From an uncultured virus (IMG/VR IMGVR_UViG_3300001592_000008) (lineage: Duplodnaviria > Heunggongvirae > Uroviricota > Caudoviricetes), in IMG/VR virus record IMGVR_UViG_3300001592_000008: a stretch of 23,165 nucleotides of DNA, one strand, 5' to 3'. Below are positions 8,307 to 17,496 of this stretch, piece by piece (position 1 is the first letter of the stretch; each line of letters begins with the position of its first letter). The position numbers were made by a program, and so were the translations under genes. Below the pieces are notes generated by a model. It was not told the origin of the DNA. It worked only from the letters and a program-made list of their open reading frames with translations, and did no database searches.

Positions 8307-8984
8307 CTAAAATGGTAAATCGTCAATAATTCTTGAATAAATCTCTTCTGGCAATTCTTTCTTAATATAACCCTGTTCATAGAACTGTAATCCAGATTGA
8401 GAACGGTAAAATTTAGAAGCCAGTTTCCATTTTACTTCATGAAATTCTTGTACTGGAACGGAACGCTCCAAAGAATATTCTTGTTTTTGTTTTTCAACTT
8501 GAGGCTGAGAACGTCTCTTATAAGAGTGTGGAAATTCACGATAATACAATAAATTAGATACTAATGATTGTAAAGTTTCTCTAACAAATAAATGAAATGG
8601 ATGTCCTACACCCCAAGGAACTAACAATGAATAACCTTTATTATTTTTTAGAAAGTTTTTTACCCATTTTACAAGAGCTTCTTCAATTTCATTTACAGTT
8701 TCACGTCCGAAGTATTCATTAAGATATTTATAAGCATCCTCAACAGTTACTTCTTTGTATTCTTTATTAAATCCGTAATAACTATCATCTTTGAAATCTA
8801 AATCTAAATGATGAAACGGAATATTAAGAAAATCAAACAATTTTTCATCCTCTAATATTCTCTTTGGGTCATTTTCTACCGTTAGAACTTGTACTTCATA
8901 TTGCGGTAGAAAAAGAATATGAGAACAACAAAACAATGCATCGTCAGAATGAGGCTGAACGATTAACAATTTTTCCTTTTTCAT
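8307..8984 (-). CDS. PIG-L/LmbE-family N-acetyl-sugar deacetylase
   Basis: LIVQPHSDD (HxDD) and GVGHPFH (variant of HPDH), plus YYREFPH and K...FYRSQ. Start reassigned to ATG 8984 (MKKEKLLIV), which forms a TAATG overlap with the upstream stop. Confidence 0.8.
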   Translation of the reverse strand: MKKEKLLIVQPHSDDALFCCSHILFLPQYEVQVLTVENDPKRILEDEKLFDFLNIPFHHLDLDFKDDSYYGFNKEYKEVTVEDAYKYLNEYFGRETVNEIEEALVKWVKNFLKNNKGYSLLVPWGVGHPFHLFVRETLQSLVSNLLYYREFPHSYKRRSQPQVEKQKQEYSLERSVPVQEFHEVKWKLASKFYRSQSGLQFYEQGYIKKELPEEIYSRIIDDLPF

Positions 8985-9634
8985 TACAATTTTATTTTTC
9001 TTAATAAACCTTGTATCCATCCATCTGGAATAGATTCATTCTTGTTTATGGTTTTATTTATTGTACCGTCATTTATAAATATCTTTCCCCATAATGGATG
9101 TTTGTCTTTTGATTGTTTACCTATATGAGATTTTGATAATCTTTTTCTTTGAACATCAGTCATCTTCCAACCTTTCGCTCCGCTTCTCGCTTTTCTTTTA
9201 TCAGACATTTTCTTCTTTGTTTCTTCAGAATGTTTGCAACCTTTGAAATTAGCTTCATGAGTTTTGAAGTATTCTTTCATAGTTTTCTTATTCTTCTTTG
9301 AAACAATTTTTCTTATATTTTCGTCATACATTGGATTATCTGAAGATGATACAGAGCATTCTAAAATGTTATAACCTACGTCCGAACTATTGGAATTATA
9401 CTTCTTTATGAATAGAACTTCTATTTTATTTACCAAAGCAATATCATTTACATTGATAGTACATATAATTTCTCTTTTGAAATTTTCCTTTCCGTATTTT
9501 CGCAAAGCGTTGTCAAATTTAGGATAACCGCTACCGATATACCAAGGGTCAAGAGTTTTCAAGTTCTTGACCCTATGTTGTCCTATATAGATTTTATCAT
9601 TAAGTAAGCAAGTTGTTTTGTAAATAATATACAT
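8984..9634 (-). mobile_element. Free-standing GIY-YIG homing endonuclease with NUMOD3-type DNA-binding motifs
   Basis: YIIY...KIYIGQH, YIGSG, KYGKENF, E...I..YNS and GYNI motifs; KHSEETKKKMS and a second degenerate copy. Confidence 0.9.
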
Positions 9635-9636
9635 AC

Positions 9637-10569
9637 CTATTTTGACACTTTTATATTTAACTTAACGCCTTTTAATTTTGGATTTTTTGACACCTTTTTA
9701 ATCGGTTTAACAAATGCTCTTAGTTCATCATCCCAATCAAATCCTGGTTTTTTGTAATTAATAGTACAACGGCAATACGGATGCGTTGGAGAAATAGTGG
9801 GCAACCAGTCTTTAACCTTTCTACCAATATTATTTCCATTTGCTATTATATCTTTCAACTTAAACACCTTTGGTTCACTGTCTGGGTCTTCAGGGTCAAT
9901 CAAATACAATTCTTTACAACGATTGCATGCCCCAACGTAAACATCGAAATAAACCTCAGCATCTGCTCCGTACTCTTTCAAAATGCTTTGAGCACGTCCT
10001 GAATTATAAGCCTCATGAGTTAGATAGTAAGAAATTCTTAACCAATCAACTTCCCAATCCTGAGAAGTTTCAGCAAGGTCTGCGGCAAGTCCTCTTGCCC
10101 CTACTCTTAATTCAACCGCTTTGATTGTTTTTTCTCTAATCATTTTTTGAGCCATTAAGGAACGTTGTTGATTATTTTTCAATACAACGTTGCTTAATCC
10201 GTTTCTCATCCTGTTACCCAAATTAGTTATATCAGTGTAAGCTCTTTGTTTAACAGTTTGTAAAGCAAATTCCTCTTCTTCAGTTAGCGGTATAAAGTTT
10301 CCAGATGCTAAAAACTTTTGGAATTGAGCATAATTCATTTTTTTAGCTCTCGCATCCCCGATAGCTTCAGCCAATATACCAAATAAAAATGCATGCTCAA
10401 TAACACCTTTCTTATTTTTGTAACTATCTAAATCAATACCTGCTGCTAAAAGCAAAGCCTTATCAGTCTGAGAAAGAAAATCTAAACCAAGCTGACTTGC
10501 TATGAATATCAATTCATATCTTTTGAGAATTGATAACATATCCTGAATCTGTCCTTGTGTAAATATCAT
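9637..10569 (-). CDS. MuF/SPP1 gp7-like minor head morphogenesis protein
   Basis: ACNRC and PTHPYCRC motifs; lies between portal and protease. Confidence 0.8.
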   Translation of the reverse strand: MIFTQGQIQDMLSILKRYELIFIASQLGLDFLSQTDKALLLAAGIDLDSYKNKKGVIEHAFLFGILAEAIGDARAKKMNYAQFQKFLASGNFIPLTEEEEFALQTVKQRAYTDITNLGNRMRNGLSNVVLKNNQQRSLMAQKMIREKTIKAVELRVGARGLAADLAETSQDWEVDWLRISYYLTHEAYNSGRAQSILKEYGADAEVYFDVYVGACNRCKELYLIDPEDPDSEPKVFKLKDIIANGNNIGRKVKDWLPTISPTHPYCRCTINYKKPGFDWDDELRAFVKPIKKVSKNPKLKGVKLNIKVSK

Positions 10570-10751
10570 TTCCGTTCCTCCTTAGTTTCTTTAATTGCCG
10601 AAGCAGTTGCTTGGGCCATATATTTCAAGACTTCTGCAACCGCTTCTGCTGTATTCTTATTCCATTCTTTTACAAAAGTATTTTCATACTCGGTAACAGT
10701 TGGAAAAGGAGAAGGAGTGAAATGACTGTTTTTTGTTTCCTTCTTTGCCAT
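10566..10751 (-). CDS. Hypothetical protein (61 aa)
   Basis: ATGA overlap with the MuF start, 3 nt gap upstream. Confidence 0.65.
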   Translation of the reverse strand: MAKKETKNSHFTPSPFPTVTEYENTFVKEWNKNTAEAVAEVLKYMAQATASAIKETKEERK

Positions 10752-10754
10752 ATG

Positions 10755-11327
10755 TTAAAATTTTATTCCAAAATCTAATGTATATCCATATTTATCTTCA
10801 ATTCTCAATCCAGAAACTCCTATTACATATTTATTCTTTAAATCAAGTCCAAATTGCAATTTATTAGTTCTGAAATCTATTGATGTACCTATCATTGCCC
10901 AAGGTTGTATTGTAGGAACTTTGTATATCACTTCTTTTTCGTAAACTGTACGAATATTCGGCTGTATAAAGGAAGTGGCAGAAATGAGCTTGTTTTGACT
11001 TACCTTAGCATCTACTTTGAAAGTTCCTAAGCTATCATTAGAAAAGTCTAAAGCATATTTTCTTTCCAAATAAGAATCTTGCCAAATAGCAAAAAGAGCA
11101 GCTGTATCAGTAGGAATGAATATTGGAATGGAATCAGGAACCTTAACTTCATAAGGAATTGGTTTTTCAACTGTATCTCTTACAACCTCTCCTTTTTCCC
11201 ATTTAACTTCAACTATACGTTTAGGAGCAGGAAGTTCAACGCTTGACCTGCCCCAAAGATAACCTAAGAATAAAGAAATTGCAACAGCAATTATTCCTGT
11301 TAATGATATGGTTATTTTATTGTTCAT
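10755..11327 (-). CDS. Membrane-anchored protein with C-terminal amphipathic beta-strands (spanin-like candidate)
   Basis: N-terminal TM helix, VVRDTV/PDSIP/PTDT motifs, C-terminus YGYTLDFGIKF ending in Phe. Confidence 0.55.
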   Translation of the reverse strand: MNNKITISLTGIIAVAISLFLGYLWGRSSVELPAPKRIVEVKWEKGEVVRDTVEKPIPYEVKVPDSIPIFIPTDTAALFAIWQDSYLERKYALDFSNDSLGTFKVDAKVSQNKLISATSFIQPNIRTVYEKEVIYKVPTIQPWAMIGTSIDFRTNKLQFGLDLKNKYVIGVSGLRIEDKYGYTLDFGIKF

Positions 11328-11806
11328 CTTTCAAGTCTTTGTTCGTATTTAGCAACAAGTTCTTCAAGCTGACTTATACGTTGTTTATATTCATGTTCTC
11401 TTTTCTGACTATCCTCTTCAAAGCTACGATATTGTTCCATCAATTTATCGTATTTTTGTTTTTCAAGTTCTCTCTGAGATTCATAATCAGTTCTCATTTC
11501 ATTTAACTCTGTACGAAATGATTTGACTATTTCATTACTTAAACTACGCTCATTTTGGAACTCTTTATACAAAGTGTCATACCGTTCTTTCCACCATACG
11601 TCTTTATTGTTGACTTCCTGTTGTAGAACGTCATAACGTTTTTTCCAAAACTCATCACCTTTTATGTCAGCTTCTGCTTGTGCATCTCTGACTTCTTGTT
11701 CATATTTCTTTCTGTCAAGCATTCTCGCTACAACAGCATATCCTATGCCTCCAGCTCCGAACACTAAAGAAATAATACCAAACGCATTTTCAGATAACCA
11801 TTCCAT
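11324..11806 (-). CDS. Single-TM coiled-coil membrane protein (holin- or i-spanin-like candidate)
   Basis: GIISLVFGAGGIGYAVV TM segment followed by a long heptad-rich region; overlaps the next gene. Confidence 0.55.
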   Translation of the reverse strand: MEWLSENAFGIISLVFGAGGIGYAVVARMLDRKKYEQEVRDAQAEADIKGDEFWKKRYDVLQQEVNNKDVWWKERYDTLYKEFQNERSLSNEIVKSFRTELNEMRTDYESQRELEKQKYDKLMEQYRSFEEDSQKREHEYKQRISQLEELVAKYEQRLER

Positions 11807-11813
11807 TGTTATT

Positions 11814-12380
11814 CTACTCTTTGTTGCTTATTTTACTTGTTTTTATTTTCGCCATCTTTACCCTCTTTCGATAGTCGTCAGCATTATAATCAGAACGCAA
11901 ACAACGCACAATTTCGTCAGCAAAGAGTTTTATGATTTTATCAAAAGCTATGGAATAAGCATCCCAATCACAAGGATTGTTATATGTACATAGATAAAAT
12001 ATTGCTTTTGTAGATGAACTCACCTTATTGAAAAATCTAAACCACTCTTTATCGTCCGAAGTTACAAATTGAAAATCTCTCCAATGTATGGTTGGAGTTA
12101 GAACATCTAAGTCATTAGATAAATTGTAAGCAAAATCTCTACCTATGAATGAACAATTTTTATTTAACGTTAAACCACATCCAGCTTTTCCGTCTCTATA
12201 AAAATCAAAAGCAAGAGCTATTCCATAAGTCCTATGCTTGCGCCAGAAATTAAAAACATCATAGGCACTATCTACCACAACTTCAATTTTCCGATTTCTT
12301 AACTCAGCGGCAAGAGCCTTTTTGAACTTATTTGCAGGCTCATCAAACCGTCTGGACGTTAAATAAACTATTTTACACAT
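11814..12380 (-). CDS. Amidase_3-fold protein apparently lacking the Zn/catalytic residues
   Basis: Element order KIVYL / N...ALAAEL...IEV / ALAFDF / A.NL / AIFYL..NNP.D / DKI...ADEI mirrors N-acetylmuramoyl-L-alanine amidases; no His or Glu at the expected sites. Confidence 0.5.
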   Translation of the reverse strand: MCKIVYLTSRRFDEPANKFKKALAAELRNRKIEVVVDSAYDVFNFWRKHRTYGIALAFDFYRDGKAGCGLTLNKNCSFIGRDFAYNLSNDLDVLTPTIHWRDFQFVTSDDKEWFRFFNKVSSSTKAIFYLCTYNNPCDWDAYSIAFDKIIKLFADEIVRCLRSDYNADDYRKRVKMAKIKTSKISNKE

Positions 12381-12387
12381 AACCGTT

Positions 12388-12957
12388 TTATTTGCTAAAT
12401 TTCAATATTCCATCATCACTGGGAAGTAATGATTCCAAACGATTGATTTCATCACGCTTTGAATTTCTTTCGGTAGTAAGAGCTTCAACATCATAAGGCA
12501 TTTCTTGATTCAACAAACTCGCTTCATAACATTTAGTGATTTTGTAATCACTATCAGATAAATCTTTTTTTAAAGAATTTATTTTTTGTAAAACTCTTGT
12601 TGGGTCATTTTTTCTTATTTCCCAAAGCATGTTCACCTTTCCATTATTTTCTTCATAATAAGGAACGGCTTGGTCAAGTTCCGTATATTCAGGAACAGAT
12701 GAAGTAACCAATTCTTTGTATTCTTCTATTTGAGAAATAGTATCTGAATACTCCTTCTCAATAGCTACCACAGCATTCAAAAGTTTCACATCTTCTTCCG
12801 TTTTCTTCTTTTTGCTGTTTATTCTCTTTACTTCTTCTAAATCAGTTCCCAAACTTTCAATTCTATCTTTAAGAATTGATTCAGCTCTTTTTTTTTCAAC
12901 TTCATAGTCAATTGCGTCTATGGAGTATTTGCTTAATATCTTAACTTTTTGTATCAT
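12388..12957 (-). CDS. Probable fibre assembly chaperone
   Basis: C-terminal L..SDYKITK.YE...PYD......R...RDEINRLE motif seen in genes that follow phage fibre genes; directly downstream of the fibre. Confidence 0.55.
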   Translation of the reverse strand: MIQKVKILSKYSIDAIDYEVEKKRAESILKDRIESLGTDLEEVKRINSKKKKTEEDVKLLNAVVAIEKEYSDTISQIEEYKELVTSSVPEYTELDQAVPYYEENNGKVNMLWEIRKNDPTRVLQKINSLKKDLSDSDYKITKCYEASLLNQEMPYDVEALTTERNSKRDEINRLESLLPSDDGILKFSK

Positions 12958-12961
12958 ATTC

Positions 12962-14866
12962 TTACTGATTTTGTTTGTTCATTATCCAATATTGACCGTC
13001 AAATAAAAGAAAATACAAAGCTCCTCTTTCCGATACAGTTACGCTTGAAGAACCTCCTGAAGTATTCTCATTTCTTACAATTGATTTTCCATTGCCGTTA
13101 ATAACACATCCTGTTGCATTAACTTGTCTTATCCAAATACATTGACCCTTTTGAGGTTTAGCAGGAAGATTTATTGTTATGTTAGCATTTGAATTGTAAC
13201 AAGAAAGATAACAATTCAAATTCCCCAAAGTCAGTCCACTATCTGAATCAGATAATTGTCTTGTGGAAAGAACTAAACCTGCAGCAAACAATTTTTCAAT
13301 ATACGCTCCAAAGTCATAATATGGATAAGTACCAGTAAAATTATTATAAGAAGTCGCATATAAACCAGCATACCAATCTTCTCCTATATTAGGAAGAGAA
13401 GCATCACCCCAGTTTCCAGAAGCCATAAAGAATGCGCTTGCATGTCCATTATAAGGATAACCGTTTGTCTGACCTACTCCGTTAGCAAATACTCCATCTA
13501 AACCTATATTAGCAGACTTTGTATAACCACCTCCAGCTGTACGAATAGATAAATTGTTTGAATCACCTATTGAAAGGTCAATATCAGCTGAATCAGAACC
13601 TCCTCCGCCATATTGGTCTCCTTTCATTTTAATAGCTCCGTTATGCATATCAATCTCCATTCTTCTTCCTCTTTCAGCTCCGCTTGAATTTACAGCTATT
13701 TGTTTAGATTTTATGTTACCATCTGTAATTGTTCCAATGTCATTGAAAACACCTTGTAATTTAGCAATAGCTGTTTCAATTGAATCATTAGGAGCACAGG
13801 CTGGAATAGGAGTTCCGTATGAAGGGTCAGTTTGAGGAACAAAACCACTTGACAATTTCAATGTTCCGTATATATTTTTCAACCAATATTGAACTTTTTG
13901 AAAAGCTGATTCAACGGTATCATTGTTGTTGATGTACTCTGGAGTTGTTCCATCTTTGAAATTTTTGCTTATCTTAATACCAGTAGCAAACTTGAATTTA
14001 TTTATATAGCGTTGAAACTTGGAAACAATTGTAATCAATTTATCTCCTGTTGCTACATCAGTAGGCTCTCCGCCAGTCTCTACGGCAGGAGTTTGTTTAT
14101 CATAGATTGCTGTTGAAGAAGTGGCATTTGTTATAGCCGTATTTGCATTTTCAATGATAGTTTGGTTTTCCTTGCCTACATTCTGAATATCAGTGGCTAT
14201 ATTTTGCTTATCAATATCATAAGTATCTTTGGAAACAACTCCTCCTTTTTTATCTAAAATGGCTGATATAGCATTTGAGAAATTAAAGAAAAAACCACCA
14301 TTCCAAGTTATAGAATTTCCAGTAACAGATGATAAGAAAGAAGATAATTTGAACTTAGCAAGGCTCCAAACATTATCTCTTTTAACCTTTCCTAAAATAT
14401 AATCATCTGCTGTGTAATCTGGAACTTTTTCGCTAAATTGAAATACAAGTTTTTTATTAACTTCGTCAAATACTCCAACTACATCATCAATTGATAAATT
14501 AGAAGAAGAAACATGATACTGTATATTACTACCAAGGTCATCAATCAATATATTACCCAAAGAGTCAGAATATTGTACTTTAGTTGAAGTAACTGCTAAA
14601 GCAAGAGCGTTGCTTTTATCCGTTATCTTAAACCATTGTCCTACTGTTAAACCTACATTAGTTGCTATGTTAACAAGTTCTGAATAGGTTATCGATGATA
14701 TCACATTTTGGTCAAGTACAACCCATTGACTTAATCCTGGATTGTAAACCTTATGAACCATTTGACTTGGAGTATTATCATACCAAATCATTATGATATT
14801 TTCGGGTGGCGTACTTCCTATGTACACTCCCGAAACTTGTCCCAAATTTTTAGTATTTCCAGCCAT
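12962..14866 (-). CDS. Fibre/spike-like virion protein
   Basis: N-terminal P....IWYD motif, three xDxxxxxxxKxQ repeats, Gly/Ser/Asn-rich beta region, C-terminal ITINLP...G..IWI...LFDGQYW module. Confidence 0.65.
   Translation of the reverse strand: MAGNTKNLGQVSGVYIGSTPPENIIMIWYDNTPSQMVHKVYNPGLSQWVVLDQNVISSITYSELVNIATNVGLTVGQWFKITDKSNALALAVTSTKVQYSDSLGNILIDDLGSNIQYHVSSSNLSIDDVVGVFDEVNKKLVFQFSEKVPDYTADDYILGKVKRDNVWSLAKFKLSSFLSSVTGNSITWNGGFFFNFSNAISAILDKKGGVVSKDTYDIDKQNIATDIQNVGKENQTIIENANTAITNATSSTAIYDKQTPAVETGGEPTDVATGDKLITIVSKFQRYINKFKFATGIKISKNFKDGTTPEYINNNDTVESAFQKVQYWLKNIYGTLKLSSGFVPQTDPSYGTPIPACAPNDSIETAIAKLQGVFNDIGTITDGNIKSKQIAVNSSGAERGRRMEIDMHNGAIKMKGDQYGGGGSDSADIDLSIGDSNNLSIRTAGGGYTKSANIGLDGVFANGVGQTNGYPYNGHASAFFMASGNWGDASLPNIGEDWYAGLYATSYNNFTGTYPYYDFGAYIEKLFAAGLVLSTRQLSDSDSGLTLGNLNCYLSCYNSNANITINLPAKPQKGQCIWIRQVNATGCVINGNGKSIVRNENTSGGSSSVTVSERGALYFLLFDGQYWIMNKQNQ
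13754..14056 (-). repeat. Three protein-level repeats in the fibre
   Basis: VATGDKLITIVSKFQ / INNNDTVESAFQKVQ / CAPNDSIETAIAKLQ. Confidence 0.7.
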
Positions 14867-14871
14867 ATCTT

Positions 14872-15123
14872 TTATCTTGAATAAGTGTATTCAGTTCTTT
14901 TACTCCAAGCAGAAATAAAATCCATTGTACCTTGAGCATACAGTCTTTTGGTAACAGTTCCGTCTTTTATTTCCTTTATTATTCTCCATCCTTCTTCCTC
15001 TTCGGTAGTTCCTAATGGAGCATACCCATAATAGGTAGCTCCAGAAGTCTCATCGACAAAAGGTTCAGGAAGGTATTCACTAAATGTTCGCACAATAGGT
15101 GCGTCTATTTTTACTGATTTCAT
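14872..15123 (-). CDS. Small phage protein (83 aa), probably structural
   Basis: YYGYA..G......WRI......YA.G...F...W..R...Y pattern; ATGA overlap with the portal stop. Confidence 0.7.
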   Translation of the reverse strand: MKSVKIDAPIVRTFSEYLPEPFVDETSGATYYGYAPLGTTEEEEGWRIIKEIKDGTVTKRLYAQGTMDFISAWSKRTEYTYSR

Positions 15124-16826
15124 ATTCCTTCTTGTTTTAGAAAATTATCGAATGCCTTTACAAAGGAGTTTTCTATTTCAGACTTATTAGTGTCCTCCTC
15201 TTCATTTTCATTAGCGTACAAGTCAAAAGGATTTTGCTCTTCACCATTATCCTCTTCTTCATTACCCTTCTTATTATTTTCATTAGGATTCAAAGGTTGA
15301 CCTTCATTCGTTTTTTGCTGAGCAGCCATAGCTTCAGCATTTTTATTTTGAATTAAAGTAGCATTTGTTGGAACATCTCCGAACTCTAATGGCTTCATTT
15401 CATATTTTTCACGTGCTTCATTTACAGTCATGAAACTTCCAACCTTCTTAATATCCATATCAAGCTCTTGGTCAATAGTCAAACCGTTTAATCCAACAAA
15501 TACAAGTTCAAAATCTGGATTGATTTGTTCAACTATGTATTTGTTTATTTTTCTTTGAATAAATTTTAATAAAGGATACAACCCCTTATCTTTAGAATGC
15601 TGTAAGCGTTGTTCTTGGCTTCCTTCAAACAATCCACCTCCTCCAGAAGAACGGCTGATGTCCCATCCTATTTCGGTAGGGTCAATTGAATATACAGAAC
15701 AAGCAATTTTAATAAGATATTCCATCCAAGAACTATATTCCATATCACGGTTGTTCTTTTGTAAGTCTATCCAATCTACATCAGCTTCCACTACAGGAGT
15801 TTTCCATGCTTGCATTACTCCTGTAATCATAGATTGCCACTGTTGTTTAAATTGTTGTAAGGCTGCTTCGTTGTTTGTTCCTTTTATTCTCAATAAACCC
15901 TTCGGAGCTGAACCCTGACTGAAGAAACGTCTATTGTATTCATCACCCCAAAGCATTGATGTAACGACATTTATAAGCTCTTCAAGTTCAGAACATCCAT
16001 ATCCGTTTGACCATATAGAAGTAGAAGGATTGCGAACTCCAAAACATAATTCCCAAGGATAAAATTCATTCACCTTTACATTTTGATACACCTGAACATA
16101 TGCAGGATAGTAGCCATGAACTTTTGGTCCAAATTCATTTCTCTGTTCCCATATACCAGCTCCGTTTCTTTGAAAGAATACATTATCATAATCTTTATCA
16201 AAATATGAATCGGCCATTCTAAATGTAGCAGCATCCGTAGCAGTAAAACTTTCCAGTTGTCCTCTCCTACTACGGATACACTCAAACGTCATTTGGTCAT
16301 ATGTTAATGAATCCTCTACAATCTTGCGAATGAAGGTATCAAAGTCATCATGTTCCCAAGTACTCACATTTCCACCCTTCAAAAGAAAATCTGTTATAGC
16401 AAAAGCAATTCTTTTATCTTTGTTATCCATTTTTTGTTCAATGCCACCTTTCGGTTTTTTTCGGATAGCGAAGCCAGTTGAATACTTATTTTCTTGCGGT
16501 TCAGCAAAATCTGCTACTTGATTTTTTCTTGTTTTGATTATTGAGTTTATGATAGGAGTTTTTGACATTCTCTTTAACGTAGTATAAGTCAAAGAAAATG
16601 GCTTGTCTTTGTACCCCAAATTTGAATTAAATTCAAGTGGGTCAATAAAAAATGCCTTTGGATGCTGTTCAATCTTAGGCTGTATGGTGTTGAACACTTG
16701 ACTTGCCTTTACCATATCTTCTGGACTGTCGGAACGTAAAGCCTTCTCAAGTGTTCTGAACTTCTTAGCCTTCAACTTAGCTTCTGCAAGTTGAATAGCA
16801 TCTAACTGTTTAGCATAGTTGCTCAT
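15120..16826 (-). CDS. Portal protein, SPO1/Twort (Herelleviridae)-like
   Basis: IIKTRKNQV..F, IVEDSLTYDQ, RNP......GYG.SELE, FFSQG..PKGLL, WKTPV, NRDMEY..W, YSIDP.EIG and SKDKGL.PLL. Start set at M29 of the track ORF because the upstream stretch is a terminator plus intergenic motif. Confidence 0.92.
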   Translation of the reverse strand: MSNYAKQLDAIQLAEAKLKAKKFRTLEKALRSDSPEDMVKASQVFNTIQPKIEQHPKAFFIDPLEFNSNLGYKDKPFSLTYTTLKRMSKTPIINSIIKTRKNQVADFAEPQENKYSTGFAIRKKPKGGIEQKMDNKDKRIAFAITDFLLKGGNVSTWEHDDFDTFIRKIVEDSLTYDQMTFECIRSRRGQLESFTATDAATFRMADSYFDKDYDNVFFQRNGAGIWEQRNEFGPKVHGYYPAYVQVYQNVKVNEFYPWELCFGVRNPSTSIWSNGYGCSELEELINVVTSMLWGDEYNRRFFSQGSAPKGLLRIKGTNNEAALQQFKQQWQSMITGVMQAWKTPVVEADVDWIDLQKNNRDMEYSSWMEYLIKIACSVYSIDPTEIGWDISRSSGGGGLFEGSQEQRLQHSKDKGLYPLLKFIQRKINKYIVEQINPDFELVFVGLNGLTIDQELDMDIKKVGSFMTVNEAREKYEMKPLEFGDVPTNATLIQNKNAEAMAAQQKTNEGQPLNPNENNKKGNEEEDNGEEQNPFDLYANENEEEDTNKSEIENSFVKAFDNFLKQEGI

Positions 16827-16863
16827 ACCATTATATAAATCAATTTTTACTTTTTGAAATATC

Positions 16864-16872
16864 CTATAACTG
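16864..16872 (-). promoter_or_regulatory. YAGTTATW motif upstream of the portal
   Basis: Minus strand CAGTTATAG, about 38 nt before ATG 16826 and just downstream of a terminator. Confidence 0.5.
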
Positions 16873-16882
16873 TAAAATGTGT

Positions 16883-16923
16883 AAACAAAATAAAAGGAGA
16901 ACATTTTCACGCTCTCCTTTTAT
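16883..16923 (-). terminator. Rho-independent terminator after the Ig-like gene
   Basis: TAAAAGGAGAGCGT-GAAA-ATGTTCTCCTTTTA (GNRA loop, two G-U pairs) followed by TTTTGTTT. Confidence 0.85.
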
Positions 16924-16943
16924 AATATTTGTTACTTATGTAA

Positions 16944-17465
16944 TTATGGAGTAACAGTAACTGCCAGTGCAATTGTTTTGTCTTGAGTACATACAAAAGC
17001 AGCAGGTGCTGAAGTAGTCCATGAAGTTTTAGTCGGTAATTCCCAAGTGTATGAATAACCTTCGATACCAACCAACTCTTTAGCAACAGCTGTAGTGAAA
17101 TTAATAATATCACTTGTTGGTAAAGCTCCTTCTTTAGTTCCTTTCAGAATAGCTGTCGCTGTAGAAGAACCAGTAACGGTAGCAGTAACGGTTAATTTAT
17201 GCGTAGGTGCTCCAAGGACTTTCATTTGTTCACTTCCGTACATATAACCGTCTAAAACAGATTGATATTCAATAGCGAATTTATTCAAATCTGTCATTGA
17301 AATAACACTACCGCATTTCCAAGGAATTATACTTTCAAACTCCGTGTTTTTTACACCTTCACACCACATGACGGTGAACTTCTCAATCTTATCTTCAACG
17401 ATGTCTGTTCTCAATGTAGCTTTCTTCGTTGAGTCAGATTTCATTACAAATACAAAATCTCTCAT
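16944..17465 (-). CDS. Putative virion protein with a Thr/Ala-rich Ig-like C-terminal domain
   Basis: HKLTVTATVT...YTW...IALAVTVTP alternating beta pattern; bracketed by its own motif and terminator. Confidence 0.55.
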   Translation of the reverse strand: MRDFVFVMKSDSTKKATLRTDIVEDKIEKFTVMWCEGVKNTEFESIIPWKCGSVISMTDLNKFAIEYQSVLDGYMYGSEQMKVLGAPTHKLTVTATVTGSSTATAILKGTKEGALPTSDIINFTTAVAKELVGIEGYSYTWELPTKTSWTTSAPAAFVCTQDKTIALAVTVTP

Positions 17466-17496
17466 AAGGCATTTATTTTTATATTGTTTAACATGC

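Noticed and set aside
8985..9020. 12 aa N-terminal extension of the deacetylase
   Set aside because: It lies inside the endonuclease gene; the TAATG-coupled ATG at 8984 puts the HxDD strand at its usual N-terminal position.
8984..9634. Group I intron around the GIY-YIG gene
   Set aside because: No flanking non-coding sequence for a ribozyme core, and both neighbours appear complete.
9637..10569. MuF-fused polymorphic toxin
   Set aside because: Only about 40 Lys-rich residues follow HPYCRC; the toxin-like domains are in a separate gene.
16827..16910. 28 aa N-terminal extension of the portal in the ORF track
   Set aside because: It overlaps a terminator and the intergenic motif; ATG 16826 is the more plausible start.
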